DNA of 64,000 bases from assembly GCA_964016885.1 (NCBI GenBank), contig OZ024742.1, forward strand, positions 36,952,001 through 37,016,000, read 5' to 3'. The translations under genes and the position numbers were made by a program. This document shows, in pieces, positions 30,246 to 43,095 of the stretch; positions within the stretch are counted from its first letter, which is position 1, and the number at the start of each line of letters is the position of its first letter. The stretch is from Eledone cirrhosa. Its lineage: Eukaryota. Under the pieces are notes generated by a model. That model did not search any database. It worked only from the letters and a program-made list of their open reading frames with translations, and was not told where the DNA came from.

Positions 30246-31466
30246 GGCAAAGGAGCTCTTAAGAGTCAATGGCCATCCAAAATCACCGGGAGAGATGACC
30301 CCTTAGCCTTTGTCAAGGCGGAATTCTAGGAGAAGGAAAACTCTGATATAACACCTGCGGCCCTGATGGTGTCCAATGATGTTGACTTGTTCTTCTTTTT
30401 GGTAAATATCATCTTGGTTAAGAGAGTGGGACTGGCTTTGTGCAGTGCCTTTGCTCACTGTGAGAGCTTCACGGCACAGGCATTGCTTTATATCTGGAGA
30501 TCTCTCTGCATTTGTCGTCACATGGTACCATGGGCCCAGCACTATGTGTCAATAATTGTCACAAGTGTAGTGTTTGTACCAGAGCTTTCAAGTCGCTGGC
30601 TGGACTAAAAAGTCACACTCGTTCAGCGCATCAGTAGGGGTTCTCCTACATGGATATAAAGTAGTGGCCGTACTCGAAAACGAGTTGGCAGCCACCATGT
30701 ATGTATATATATATGTATGTATGTATGTGTGTATGTATGTATGTATGTGTGTATGTATGTATGTATGTGTGTATGTATGTATATATATATGTATGTATGT
30801 ATATATATATGTATGTATATATATATGTATGTATGTATGTATATATGTATGTATGTATATATGTATGTATGTATGTATGTGTATATGTATGTATGTATAT
30901 ATATATGTATGTATGGTCGGGTCGTTGGCGACTAAACTGGCAACCCCACCAAGGTTTCTTGGTGAGGAGGGTGACTTTGGACATCCTGCAGGACTAAAAA
31001 CAAGACCTGTCAAAGGGCAAAGGAGCTCTTAAGAGTCAATGGCCATCCAAAATCACCGGGAGAGATGACCCTTTGGCCTTTGTCAAGGCAGAATTCTAGG
31101 AGAAGGAAAACTCTGATATAACACCTGCAACTCTGATGGTATCCAATGATGTTGACTTGTTCTTCTTTTTGGTAAATATCATCTTGGTTAAGAGAGTGGG
31201 ACTGGCTTTGTGCAGTGCCTTTGCTCACTATAAAAGCTTCACGGCACAGGCATTGCTTTATATCTGGAGATCTCTCTGCACTTGTCGTCACAGGGTACCA
31301 TGGGCCCAGCACTATGTGTCAATATTTGTCACAAGTGTAGTGTTTGTACCAGTGTTTTCAAGTTGCTGGTTGGACTAAAAAGTCACACTCGTTCAGCGCA
31401 TCGGTAGGGGTTCTCCTATATGGATATAAAGTAGTGGCCGTACTCGAAAACGAGTTGGCAGCCACC

Positions 31467-31468
<2 letters not shown>
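30246..31468 (+). repeat. Two copies (30246-30698, 30915-31468) of an unclassified non-coding repeat ending at the same point before microsatellite
   Basis: Near-identical ~450-bp blocks both ending cgagttggcagccaccat; second copy is ~100 bp longer at its 5' end. Confidence 0.8.
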
Positions 31469-31514
<46 letters not shown>

Positions 31515-31654
31515 GTATATATATATATGTATATATATATATATGTATATATATATGTATATATATATATTCATATATATATATGTATATATATATATTT
31601 CGTTTCTGAATTTGTTTAGCAAGATTCTTTATCTGAAATCGTGTGTTGAAACCG

Positions 31655-31743
31655 ATATTGTTATACTTTGGGAGGGTCATGTTGCCAATACTGGTGCGTG
31701 TGTTTCTTATTGGCAACATGACCCTCCCAAAGTATAACAATAT
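31655..31743. repeat. Perfect 36-bp inverted repeat with 17-bp spacer
   Basis: atattgttatactttgggagggtcatgttgccaata / tattggcaacatgaccctcccaaagtataacaatat. Confidence 0.9.
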
Positions 31744-31844
31744 ATATATATATCTATATGTATATATATATATATATATGTATATGTATATATATGTATA
31801 TGTATATATATATATGTATATATATATATATGTATATATATATG

Positions 31845-31895
<51 letters not shown>

Positions 31896-31965
31896 ATATG
31901 TATATTTATATATATATATGTATATGTATATATATATATGTATATGTATATGTATATATGTATAT

Positions 31966-31999
<34 letters not shown>

Positions 32000-32064
32000 A
32001 TGTATATGTATATATGTATATGTATATGTATATATGTATATATATATATGTATATGTATATATG

Positions 32065-32098
<34 letters not shown>

Positions 32099-32101
32099 TA
32101 T

Positions 32102-32266
32102 CATCATCATCTCATCATCATCTTCGTTTAATGTCCATATTCCACGCTCGCATGGGTTTGGATGGGAGTTTTCCCACTTGAGGCAAGAGTGGTTGTCTTG
32201 CTCGCATAGGACTGTCTGGCGGGTTGTCTATGGCTGGATGCCCTTCCTAACACCAACCACATTTAC
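32102..32266 (-). mobile_element. RTE family A 3' tail fragment
   Basis: Reverse complement of ~20112-20276 with (CAT)n. Confidence 0.8.
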
Positions 32267-32291
32267 ATATGTATATATATATATATATGAT

Positions 32292-32626
32292 GGAGGCACA
32301 TGGCTTAGTGATTAGAGCATTGGCCTCGCAATCGAAAGGTTGTGAGTTCAATTCTCAGACCGGGTGATGTGTTGTTTCGTTGAGCAAGACACTTTATTTC
32401 ACATTGTTCCAATTTACTCAGCTGTAGAAATGAGATGTTAGGACTGGGGTCCATATCATTCCACTGCAAAGTGGTCGTGGAGGGACCACGGCAAAAAAGC
32501 ACCCACCACTCACTGTAAATGAGGTTGGTGTTAGGAAGAGCATCCAGCTGTAGAAATCAAGCCAGAATCAGTTCCCGTCTCACCCCTGCAAGCAGGGAAA
32601 AAGTGGACGTAAAATGATGATGATGA
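32292..32626 (+). mobile_element. tRNA-derived SINE with RTE-like 3' tail
   Basis: A-box-like tggcttagtga, B-box-like gagttcaattc, core ttgagcaagacactttatttcac, tail shared with the RTE 3' UTR, (GAT)n end. Confidence 0.8.
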
Positions 32627-32635
32627 TATATATAT

Positions 32636-32837
32636 AGTAATAATAATAAATTTGAAGACTAAAATCCAAAGAGGGCTCGATAAGGATAAATATATATCAA
32701 ATATATAAGAACCGTAGAGCAAATACTTATTAAAATAACAGATTAAAGTTTAAGCAAAGAATCACTGATTTCACCCTTAACGGAATCTTAAGGGTAAAAG
32801 CAGCGATTCTTTGCTTAAACTTTAATCTGTTATTTTA

Positions 32838-32841
<4 letters not shown>
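32636..32841. repeat. Family H2 terminus folded into a palindrome (arms 32727-32780 and 32788-32841)
   Basis: ttattaaaataacag...cacccttaa-cggaatc-ttaagggt...ctgttattttaataa. Confidence 0.85.
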
Positions 32842-32879
<38 letters not shown>

Positions 32880-32949
32880 TATATACACATGTATACATAT
32901 CACACTTGGTTCTTATCTAGTTGTGATTTCTCTTCTGTCATTTGTTCAG

Positions 32950-33249
32950 ATGTCCAACTTGCAGAAAGGAAACCTGCTTACCATACCATTCTGTCGATTC
33001 CTTACCTACTGACCATAGAATTATCCAAATGATGGACTTCCTCTCTGTGCAGCAGACTGACTTGAGGCTAAAGAGCCAGTGCATGAAACACGGCAACCAG
33101 CCAGTGAACTTTTTCTGTGGCAAGTGCAGGCTTCCAGTGTGCCAAGACTGTACAATTTTTGACCATAATGAACAAGATGGTCACATCATTACAGACTTAA
33201 AAACTGAACTGGAGAGCAGTGCTGAACGTTTCACAGAAATTGGTAAACG
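32950..33249 (+). CDS. Internal exon of a TRIM-like gene (end of RING, B-box 2, start of coiled coil)
   Basis: tttgttcAG acceptor; CPTCR...CMKHGNQPVNFFCGKCRLPVCQDCTIFDHNEQDGH; GTATGT donor; phase 2 at both ends. Confidence 0.8.
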
Positions 33250-33488
33250 GTATGTATGCCCCCTTACAACTATTTTCTGTTTCATCTACAAATCTTATTA
33301 TTGAGGATGATGATGTTGTTTATAAAAGGATAGATATAATGATTTCATTTACCTTCAAATATTAGCAGGAAAAGTGGATGTTAAAACAACAATGATGATG
33401 ATAATGATATATATCGCTGACAATCTTGTTAAAGTATGTTTATTTGTTCTGACAAGGGTGTACAAACGTATGTATGGGCAAATTCTGG

Positions 33489-36267
33489 TTAAAAAACCCG
33501 ACAACCACCTGATCACCTATAGATCAGGGGAGCACTCTAGTCAGTTAGATTTTATCCTCATCAGAGGACGTGACAGATGAACGGTCGTAAACACAAAAGC
33601 CTTCCCTAGTGAGAATGTACATTCCAACATAGCTTAGTTGTCAGCGACCTCACGGTCAGAACTAGATGAACCCGGAAACAGAGGCCAACCTGGAGAAGAA
33701 AGATCTGGAAGCTGAAAGTCCCCTCAACCAGTAACAGATTTAAAGATATTTTACTCAACGCCTACGACAGTAAAGAAGAACAGATAGAGACATTTAACGT
33801 AGAAGAGAACTGGGAGTTCCTAAAAAATAACTTACTAGAGGCGACGGATGAGGTTTGTGGCTGGAGTAAGACCTCAAGCAGGAGGAGAGTGACTTGGTGG
33901 TGGAACAATAAGGTAGATGAAGCAGTCAAGGCCAAGAGACAGGCATGGAAAGAATGGAAGAACGGGGGGAGCAGGGTACATTACATAGAGACCAAGAGGG
34001 AAGCTAGACGACAAGTATACTTAGCTAGGAGGGAAGCAGAGGATAGAAAATTCAAGCATGTTTTACAATGTGAGGACCAGAAACAGGAGGTATTCAAGAT
34101 TGCGAGGCAGTGTGTCAGAGATAGTTGTGATGTCATTGGAGAGAAGTGTATCCGGAATGATAAAGGTGAGCTTGCCCTCACAAGTGCTGAGAAGAAAGAT
34201 GCATGGAAGAGTCATTATGATAGATTACTAAATGAGGAGAATGCATGGGAAGAAGAGACCCTACCCCATGTAGACCCTATAGAGGGACCAGCAGTACAAG
34301 TCAGCGGCAGCGTAGTAAGTAAGGCAATCAGAGATATGAAGATGGGGAAGGCAACCGGTCCATCGGGTATAGCTGCCGAGATGCTGAAGGCATCTGGGTC
34401 TGTAGGTCACACTATAACCACACGTATCGTTAACCAGGTAATACTAGAAGGGGCCATACCAAAAGATTGGTGCAGTAGCATCATTGTCAACTGCTACAAA
34501 GGTAAAGGCGATGCACTAGATAGAGGAAACTATAGAGGTATAAAGTTGATGGACCAGGTCATGAAAGTAACAGAAAGAGTTATAGCACAGCTGATTAGGG
34601 ACCGGGTGAATATAGACGAGATGCAATTTGGGTTTGTACCAGGGAGAGGCACCACTGATGCCCTCTTCCTTGTGAGGCAATTACAGGAAAAGTACCTAGC
34701 TAAAAGTAAGCCACTCTACTTGACATTTGTCGACCTTGAGAAAGCCTTTGACAGAGTTCCACGTGCGGTAATCTGGTGGGCTCTTAGAAAACTAGGAGTA
34801 GATGAATGGCTTGTGAAAGCGGTACAAGCCATGTATAGGGGAGCAGTCAACAAAGTTAGGATTAGCAATGAGTATAGCGAGGAATTTAGCGTACAGGTTG
34901 GGGTCCACCAGGGCTCTGTTCTTAGCCCTCTCCTGTTCATCATAGTCCTGCAGGCAATAACGGAGGAGTTTAAGACCGGATGCCCATGGGAAGTCCTGTA
35001 TGCTGATGACCTCGCACTCATAGCTGAATCTATGGTAGAACTAGAGAATAAATTCCAAACCTAGAAGCAGGGACTAGAGAGAAAGGGCCTCAAAGTCAAC
35101 ATGACAAAGACTAAGGTCCTTGTAAGTAGACGAGAAAACAGAACCCAGATCCCCTCAGGGAAATGGCCTTGCTCAGTATGTAGGAAAGGTGTAGGTAGGA
35201 ACTCCATTCTCTGCCCCAAATGCAAACAATGGGTACACAAGAGATGTAGCGGGATCTCAGGAAGCTTAATTAAGAATGTAGGATTCACGTGCAGCAGCTG
35301 TGCTGAAACAGCAAGCAAACAGCCACAGGAAACAAGTACCACCAATCTCTGGGAGGGCCCTGTAGAAACAGTAGACAGCTTCTGCTACCTAGGTGACCGA
35401 ATTAGCAACGGAGGTGGGTGCTCAGAAAGTAGAATAACTAGGGTAAGAACGGGATGGAAGAAGTTTAGGGAACTACTACCACTGCTAGCTGCAAAAGGCT
35501 TCTCCCTCAGAATGAAAGGCAGACTGTATGATGCGTGTATCCGAACAGCGATGTTGCATGGTAGTGAGACCTGGGCGCTGAAGGTGGAAGACTTACGTAG
35601 ATTAGAGAGAAACGAAGCCTGCATGCTCCGATGGATGTGTAACAGTAATATACGTGAACGACAAAGCATAAAGGAATTGAGAGAGAGACTGAGCATAAGA
35701 GGAATCAAATGCTGCGTGCAGGAGAGGCGGTTACGCTGGTATGGACATGTGATGCGTATGAAGGATGACAGCTGCATAAAAAGGTGCAGAGCACTAGAAG
35801 TTGATGGAAACCGCGGAGTGGGGAGACCCAAAATGACTTGGGATGAGGTGATAAAAGCCGACCTTACCCAACTACACCTCTCAAAGACAATGACACATGA
35901 CCGTGACTTCTGGCGTCATGCAGTAATGCAGGGTACCCGACCTCCCATGGGTACATGCTGAAGCATATAAACAATATGCCCCCACTCCCCCCACCGCAAG
36001 GTGGTCGTGGAGGTGCCACGGCAAAAAAAGCACCCAGCCCACACTGTAAAGTGGACGTGTAGGCGCCACGAAAAAGCACCCAGCACTCACTGTAAATGAG
36101 GTTGGTGTTAGGAAGGGCATCCAGCTGTAGAAATCAAGCCAGATCAGTTCCTGTATGAGCAAGGCATGGTCAGCCGACCAGACACTGCCCACAACAGGAC
36201 AACCCGTCTAACCCATGTTAGCGTGGAAGAACGGACGTAAAACGGTGATGATGATGATGATGATGAT
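33489..36267 (+). mobile_element. 5'-truncated RTE LINE (family B) in the TRIM-like gene intron
   Basis: Near-identical to 22985-25768; stops at 33578 and 35062; (GAT)n tail. Confidence 0.95.
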
Positions 36268-36392
36268 TCATGCCATTCGATTTTGAATTCCTACCCTTAA
36301 AATTTGGCACTTGAAACAATTGTAAGTGAATAAACTTAGTTAATAAGTGTTACTTGATTTTCCCCCTTTAAATTCTGATTATATATATATAA

Positions 36393-36700
36393 TCAAAAGG
36401 TTGTGAGTTCAATTCTCAGACTGGGTGATGTGTTGTTTCCTTGAGCAAGACACTTTATTTCACATTGCTCCAGTTTACTCAGCTGTAGAAATGAGATGAT
36501 AGGGACTGGGGTCCATATCATTCTACTGCAAAGTGGTCGTGGAGGTGCCACGGCAAAAAAACACCCAGCACTCACTGTAAATGAGGCTGGTGTTAGGAAG
36601 GGCATCCAGCTGTAGAAATCAAGCCAGAATCAGTTCCCGTCCCACCTTTGCAAGCAGGGAAAAGCGGATGTAAAATGATGATGGTGATGATGATGATGAT
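36393..36700 (+). mobile_element. 5'-truncated copy of the SINE at 32292
   Basis: Matches 32330-32626. Confidence 0.8.
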
Positions 36701-37755
36701 ATATATATATCATAGTCATCATCACCGTTCAACATCCATTTTCTACTCTAGTATGGGTTAGACAGGTTGTCCCGTTTGGGCAAGTTGAGTCAGGTGACTG
36801 TGTCTTGCTCACACAGAACTGCTTCTGGCTTGGTTTCTACAGCTGGATGCCCTTCCTAACACTATATATATATATATATGAGAAAAGTCATGGGAGAAGA
36901 ATGTAATACAATGATGACATATATTAGTTTAACACTTGATATAGTAAGAAAAGAGTTTTAACATTTCAGACATTAGTCCTTCACCGGAAGATTGAATGAG
37001 AAAGAGAAGAAATAGAAAGGTAGATAAGAGTAAGAAAAGAAAGAAAACATAAAAATACACATGCATATATACTTATGGTCTGTAGGTCAGTTTAGATTAA
37101 TTAGTTGAAAATAATAGGCTGTGACTTTTATTAGAAATATTAAATGATGATAACCTCCCTAGTATTGGTGATTTACACATTAAACACACCCAATACACTC
37201 AGTAAAGTAGTTGGTGACTGGAATGAAATACAGTCATAGAAAACTTGCCAAGCAATGAGTCAGAAGGATTCTTCTGTTGTGCCATAGACATGACAACTTC
37301 CTTTGAGTTGATGATCCATATGATAAACAATCACACAGTATATTCTGTAAAGTTGTTGGTGATAGGAAGGGCATTTAGCCATAAAAAAAACTTGCTAAAC
37401 AAAAGATCAGGAAGACTCTTCAGCTATGCCAAAGACATGACAACTTCCCTAGTGTTAGTACCACAATAAAATGCACTTGGTAGAGTATGGGATCATGTGT
37501 TGGGCTACCTGCCCTGCGAGATTGTATGTCAGGCCTCAGGCCCAGCAGTTTTGTATATTGGGCCCTCCAGCTCACCTAGAGGACAGAAGCTCCACTTGTG
37601 TACTGACCAGACTATGATGGTATGTCCAAACCTTGCAAGCAGGGAAAATAGATATTAGATGATGATGATGATGATGATGATGATGATCAAATGATTCTGT
37701 ACCTTGTATCAAAGGTTCTATAATAATATCTCTATCTGCATTTGTGTATTTGTAG

Positions 37756-38396
37756 GTGTCAAGAATGCATCAAGTCTGCCCGAGAGATGATCAATGGCCA
37801 CACAACAGCCTCGAAGAGGCTCGATGTCATTGAGAAACAGATTAAGTGTATCATAAAAGAAACCTTCATAGAATACCGTCTACTCCTGGAGAAACGAGAG
37901 AAGGCCCTTGCTGAGAAGGCCACTGAGATGATACGAGAGCAAAAGTCCAAGAAAGATAGTAGGTTTGAGGGACCAGATATCACTGAAGATTCTTTAGAGC
38001 GCCACAAGAGGTCCTTTCCAAAAGTGAGAAGGGGGTCAAATGATATGTTTCGTTTTTTCAACATTGAGAAGGAAATTGATAGCATCATCAAGAAAGATGA
38101 ATCAGTGGGCAGTGATGAAACAGAGGAGAAACTTTCACAGACCACAGGTCTAGAGAAATACAATGAAGTGCAACTAACTGATGAATTGAACAGTCTAGAC
38201 CAGGTTATCATGCAACTGGATCCTACCCTGAAAAACCCATTGCATATGATGGAACCAGCCAGAAGCAATAAGTTTGAAGACAGAGGTGTTGTCACATATC
38301 CTGTGAGGGATGCTGAGAGTGGAGAACAACTGAACATGACCATGAAAGAAAAACTGGAATCTTATGAAAATTGGATTAGTCAAGCTGCAACTTTGG
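37756..38396 (+). CDS. Next exon of the TRIM-like gene (coiled-coil region)
   Basis: tttgtAG acceptor in phase with the previous exon (CG|G = Arg); IKETFIEYRLLLEKREKALAEKA helix; GTAAGT donor at 38397. Confidence 0.72.
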
Positions 38397-39849
38397 GTAA
38401 GTTTCTTTCTTTTTTGTTAATTTTGTGGTTCAGTCAGGGAGTAAATGGCAGTACCCATGACTCTTCTCAATGCCTCTGAGACTTTTCCAGAGCCTCCATA
38501 ACTGATGGTAGAGAGAAGGAAAGCATCCTTAAACTGGAGACTTGGTCTCAATGCTTGCAACAACAGAGTGGACACCACTTGGCTCTTTTAATACCAACCT
38601 GGCTAAAACTGGCTCTGGTTCTACAAAACAAAAGGTTCCTATTTAAATTTAAATTTCCCAACATAATTTTAAATAAGAATCAAATGTTAAGTTACTTAGT
38701 AATGAAATAATTAGTAATTTTAGTAAATCCCTTAAATTTTTCATTAATTAATTAAAATAATGTATTTCATTAGAAATATGGTCATGAGAGGGTTAAGGCA
38801 CATGGGCCAGGTGATGGTGATGGTGGTGTTAAACCAGGCAGTGGATTAAATCTACCACCCAAGGCCACAGCAGAATTTGAATACAAAGACACGGAACAAA
38901 TACCACTAACAATTCCATCAATCCACTGCCCTAAAGTAGACTGGTATTTTAATCTTTGACCCTAAAAAAATGAAAGGTGACCATATCAGGATTTGAACTC
39001 AGAGTGCAGAGAGCTAGATCAACTGTTACAAAGCATTTTGTCCACCACAGTGCCCCTTTCTCCAGAAATGGAGAAGAGTTTAACAAAAGACCTAGCGATT
39101 TCTCACAGAAAAACTCATGTTATGACACTCCATGTCCAACATAGTAAATGATGTTTTGAGAACGATTTAGACATTCAAATACAATGCTTTATCAGAAAAG
39201 AGGAGAGCAACTACACAAATGTCTCTGTTTATTTTTGTTTTTTTGTTATGTTTTTTTCTTTTTAGTTTTGATATTCAAACTCAAAGTTAATCTAAAGAGG
39301 CCTCAGGTTTTGATCAAAATTTGAAGCCGTTTTCATTAAAATGTTTTGATATCTAAAAGGTCAACACTTGGATATCAAAAGTGTTATACTTTTTAGTTTT
39401 GATATCCAAACTTAAGGCCAGCCTAAAGAGGCTTCTAGAAACGATAACAAAAATTAACAAATTGTTTTTTAGGCTAACATTTCGTTAGCCTAAAATTCTT
39501 TAGCTGAAGTTTTATCAAAATTGTTTATTAGAAGCCTCTATGCATCGTTTTAAGTTTTGATATGCAAACTTAAGGTCAGTCTAATGAGGCTTCAAGTTGC
39601 CATTATCCCCGAGGCTTCACGTTTTGGTATTTAAAGATCAACCTAATGTATCTTTGAAGTTATGATCCGAGAGGCTGCAAGTTTTGATATGGAATGTAGT
39701 CAACATAAAGAGACTCCAATATGTCCGTCCTCGCTCTATTGTGTTTCTTCGGTAAATTTCCGGAGGCTCGACATCACCTTGGAGGATGCAGAGGAGCTGG
39801 CGCGGGACCACCAACAATATAGAACACCCCACTCGATTTTAGTGGGAAA

Positions 39850-40440
39850 AAATGTTTTTCGTGTGCTATCAACTAATTTAAGATCCCAGATGCTGGCAAT
39901 CGACTTTTTCCCCAGAGAATGGAGGTGGTGGGGAGTTTTCGCTATAGTTTTTTTTTATGTCTTATCAACGAATATGACTTCCAAACCCATCGCAAACGAC
40001 TATATTTGTAGAAAAGGTTGGGTGAAAGGGAGCGAAAGGTCCACCAGAGTTTCGCAGATCTACACACCGCTCGTGTTTGGTGGGAAATAACTATTTTTCC
40101 TTGTTTTTTTATTGTATTTTTTTCCTGGGCTTCTTGGATGCTTGCAGTCGACAAAACCCTAACCCGAAAAAGTCTATTGCAAGAATCTGAGGTCTAGAAA
40201 AAACGAGGCAAGATAATTATTTCCCACAAACCGCAAGAGGTGTATAGATCTGCGAAACTCCGCTGGTCTTTTCGCCCCCTTTCACCCCTTATTTCTACAA
40301 ATCTAGTCGTTTCCTACTGATTTGGATATCCTGTTCGTTGATAACACGCGAAAAAAAAATCGTAGGGAAAACTCCGAGGGGGACCCACCCCCTCCGTTCT
40401 CCGAGAAAAAGTTGATTGGCAGCATCTTGGAGGTTGGATT
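39850..40440. repeat. Old foldback / long imperfect inverted repeat (MITE-like)
   Basis: agtttcgcagatctacacacc...gtgggaaataa (~40048-40090) vs ttatttcccac...ggtgtatagatctgcgaaact (~40217-40259); pairing continues outward. Confidence 0.6.
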
Positions 40441-40884
40441 AGTTGATAGCACACTCACACAAACACACAAATGAGGAAAAAAAAAATGTTTGTATTCATT
40501 TCTATTTTGAATTTAATTTTTCCAGAACGTCGGCGAACTTTGCTGACATCAGTGAAACAAGACAACAGACAACAACAAGGGGAGGTAATCTAACCAGACA
40601 ATGTAACCCACGGAGAGCAGAAATATAGTCACAGAGGAAAATTGTCACACTTTTGGCTAGGAAAAAACGTTTAAACCGGAATTTAAGTATTTAAATAACG
40701 ATCCTTCGTAAGTGCTAAACAAAATATATACAAAACGAATTGGCATATTCCCTTATTCCCCGATACTTGGCTGACAAGTATCAATTACAATAATTTTCCG
40801 AATGATTTATTAGTAATTGAAAACGAAATATCACATGCCTGTACAGCAAATAATCCCTTTTCCACATATTTGCAGATATCTTCT

Positions 40885-41580
40885 TCTTGTTCTTGCTTGA
40901 CGAGGCCGGGGTCATTCTAAGCCAGCGATCCCAAAGCATCGTCGTGCGTAGAGCCAACCAGGTCCACCAGCGTCCTCTATTGTTGGTGGTCCCGCGCCAG
41001 CTCCTCTGCATCCTCCAAGGTGATGTCGAGCCTCCGGAAATTTTCCCTGATGATATCCAGCCATCTGGTACGGGGCCTCTTCCAGCCTGCAGCCACTGCG
41101 TCGAACGAGGATAAGGCTCTGGCAGGATGATCTGGTGGAAAGTGGAGGGCATTTCCGTACCAGTGTGTGCGGTGGTTAGCTATGAAGCAGGAAGCTGTCG
41201 GCTGATGCGTGCTCGCATGCAACACTTCGTTGGAAACGTGGTGGTCGCGTCTGATGTTTTTGATGGTCCTATCGAAGCTGTCAATCCTCTTTGTGAGGGG
41301 CCATGTTTCTGCTCCATAGAGGAAAACGGAGAGGACCGATGTATTGTAAATACAGAGCTTCGTCTTCTGGGAGATTGAGCAATGGCGCCAAAGGGGCTCC
41401 CATAGGGAGTGCATGACCCCGGCAGCCAGTCTGATCTCCGAGGTCAGGTCTCCATTGCTGGTGACAGTGGAGCCCAAGTAAATGAAGGAACTGACAAACT
41501 CCATGGCGTCGGGGCCAATATGAAGTGGGGGAGGATCCGGCCATTGCTGACATGCATCAGCTTTGTCTTTGCTGCAGATG
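40885..41580 (-). mobile_element. Decayed RTE-group LINE 3' fragment (different family)
   Basis: EFVSSFIYLGS, TKLCIYNTSVLSVFLYGAETWPL, HWYG, WKRPR; a short same-family piece at ~39755-39820 (+). Confidence 0.8.
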
Positions 41581-42654
41581 TAGTAAAAGAAAATGTTTAA
41601 AATTAAAATATGTTTGATAAACATTATTTTAAATAAATACTTGTGGGCTGAGTTGCGGAAAATGTTGATTCGTTTCCAGTTCGTCTAGCACTTGCGAAGG
41701 ATCACCATTGATATTATATAATGTTTATGATTTGCAAAAGAAACAAATCAATAAAGAAAACAACAGTCAGAAAGAAAAGAAAAAAAGAAAAGAAACATGC
41801 TCGCTCAATTACACACTGCAATATTTTTGAAGCAAAGCAAGACATTCACAACATTACCATAAATGATAGCGAGGTTAAGGTTTTGGAATAGCCAAGCACC
41901 CTCACCTCGAAGATTACCTGATACTTCAGGTGAACTGCCAACTAACAAGAACCTCGATGTCAGCAACCCAACTGCCCGAACACCAAAGGCTAAAATTGTA
42001 ATATACTAATAATTCACGGTTTTTCGGCAGTTCTGACTTATTTTGATTTGTTCCTTTTGTAAACCATAAACATTATATAGTTTAACTGGAATAAAACTTT
42101 ATTTGCTTTTTGTGTTTTTTTTTCTTGTCTAATAATTTTATAAATATGTTTCCACGGTTTAAAACAAATTGCCTTCTTTATTCATGATATTTAAAAAAAA
42201 AAAGGAAAGAATGTGATCGTCAGATTGCCCCATGGAAACTATTTCAATTGATCTTTCCATTGTCGATAATATGTCAGTCGCAACTCCTGGCAAAGTCATT
42301 AAAGCATCAGATTAAACGCTTCGGTATTTGTTCCACTCACTGTGTGATCTGAGATCAAATCTCAATAAGGTCAACTTTTCTCTTCGTTTGTTCGAGGGTC
42401 AGTAAGTAAAGTAGTAGCCCAGGGGCGGTGGATTGGTGAAATTGTTCAAGAGTCGGACGAAGTGCTTTGCGCAATATCTGATCCGGCCCTGCAAGTGCTG
42501 AGTTCAAATCTCGTCTGCTTCTGCTAGGTGGGTGTGAGGCGATATGATTGATTAAATCTCTTGAAACTGATGTCCCAGCCTGACAGCAGAATTAAAGGAT
42601 AATAGAATAAATAAAGTGTTACTTTTTTCTCCCGTGATTTTTATTTCCTGGTCT

Positions 42655-43095
42655 CCAACCCATAGATGTCAGATGATAATGGAGATAACCCAACCGTGGT
42701 CTACATAAATATAGGAAGTCATAGCTAGCACTTGCTTGTGTTGAGGTGGTGTGTGCTTCACTTCCATATCAGATGAGAGATAGGGTAACCCAACCGTTAA
42801 GTACGTGCATGCATGTGAAGTTTAAAGCTAGAAAGTCATAGCTAGCTGTTGCTTGTGGAGAGGTGGCTCTCTACACTTTCTTCCCCATCAGTTTAAAGGG
42901 AAGATAACTCATCCGTGACGTACAGTTGAAGTTTAAAGATAGGGAAGACGATACTAGCAGTTGCTTGCTTTGAGCTGGGTCTTCCATATCAGATGTGAGG
43001 GGTGATAATCCAACCAACATATATTTCAAATTACAAGATAGGGAGTCGTAGCTAGAGGCTGCCGTGTTGAAGTGAGATATCTTTCTTCCACATAT
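42655..43095. repeat. Degenerate ~95-120-bp tandem repeat (about 4 units)
   Basis: Recurring ccatatcagatg..aacccaaccg..gtcatagctag..ttgcttg. Confidence 0.6.

Noticed and set aside
30265-30335. HDV-like ribozyme in the repeated block
   Set aside because: Partial P1/P4-like pairing only; could not place P1.1 or P3 convincingly
32292-32370. tRNA gene (also 59384-59455)
   Set aside because: No complete cloverleaf; continues into SINE body
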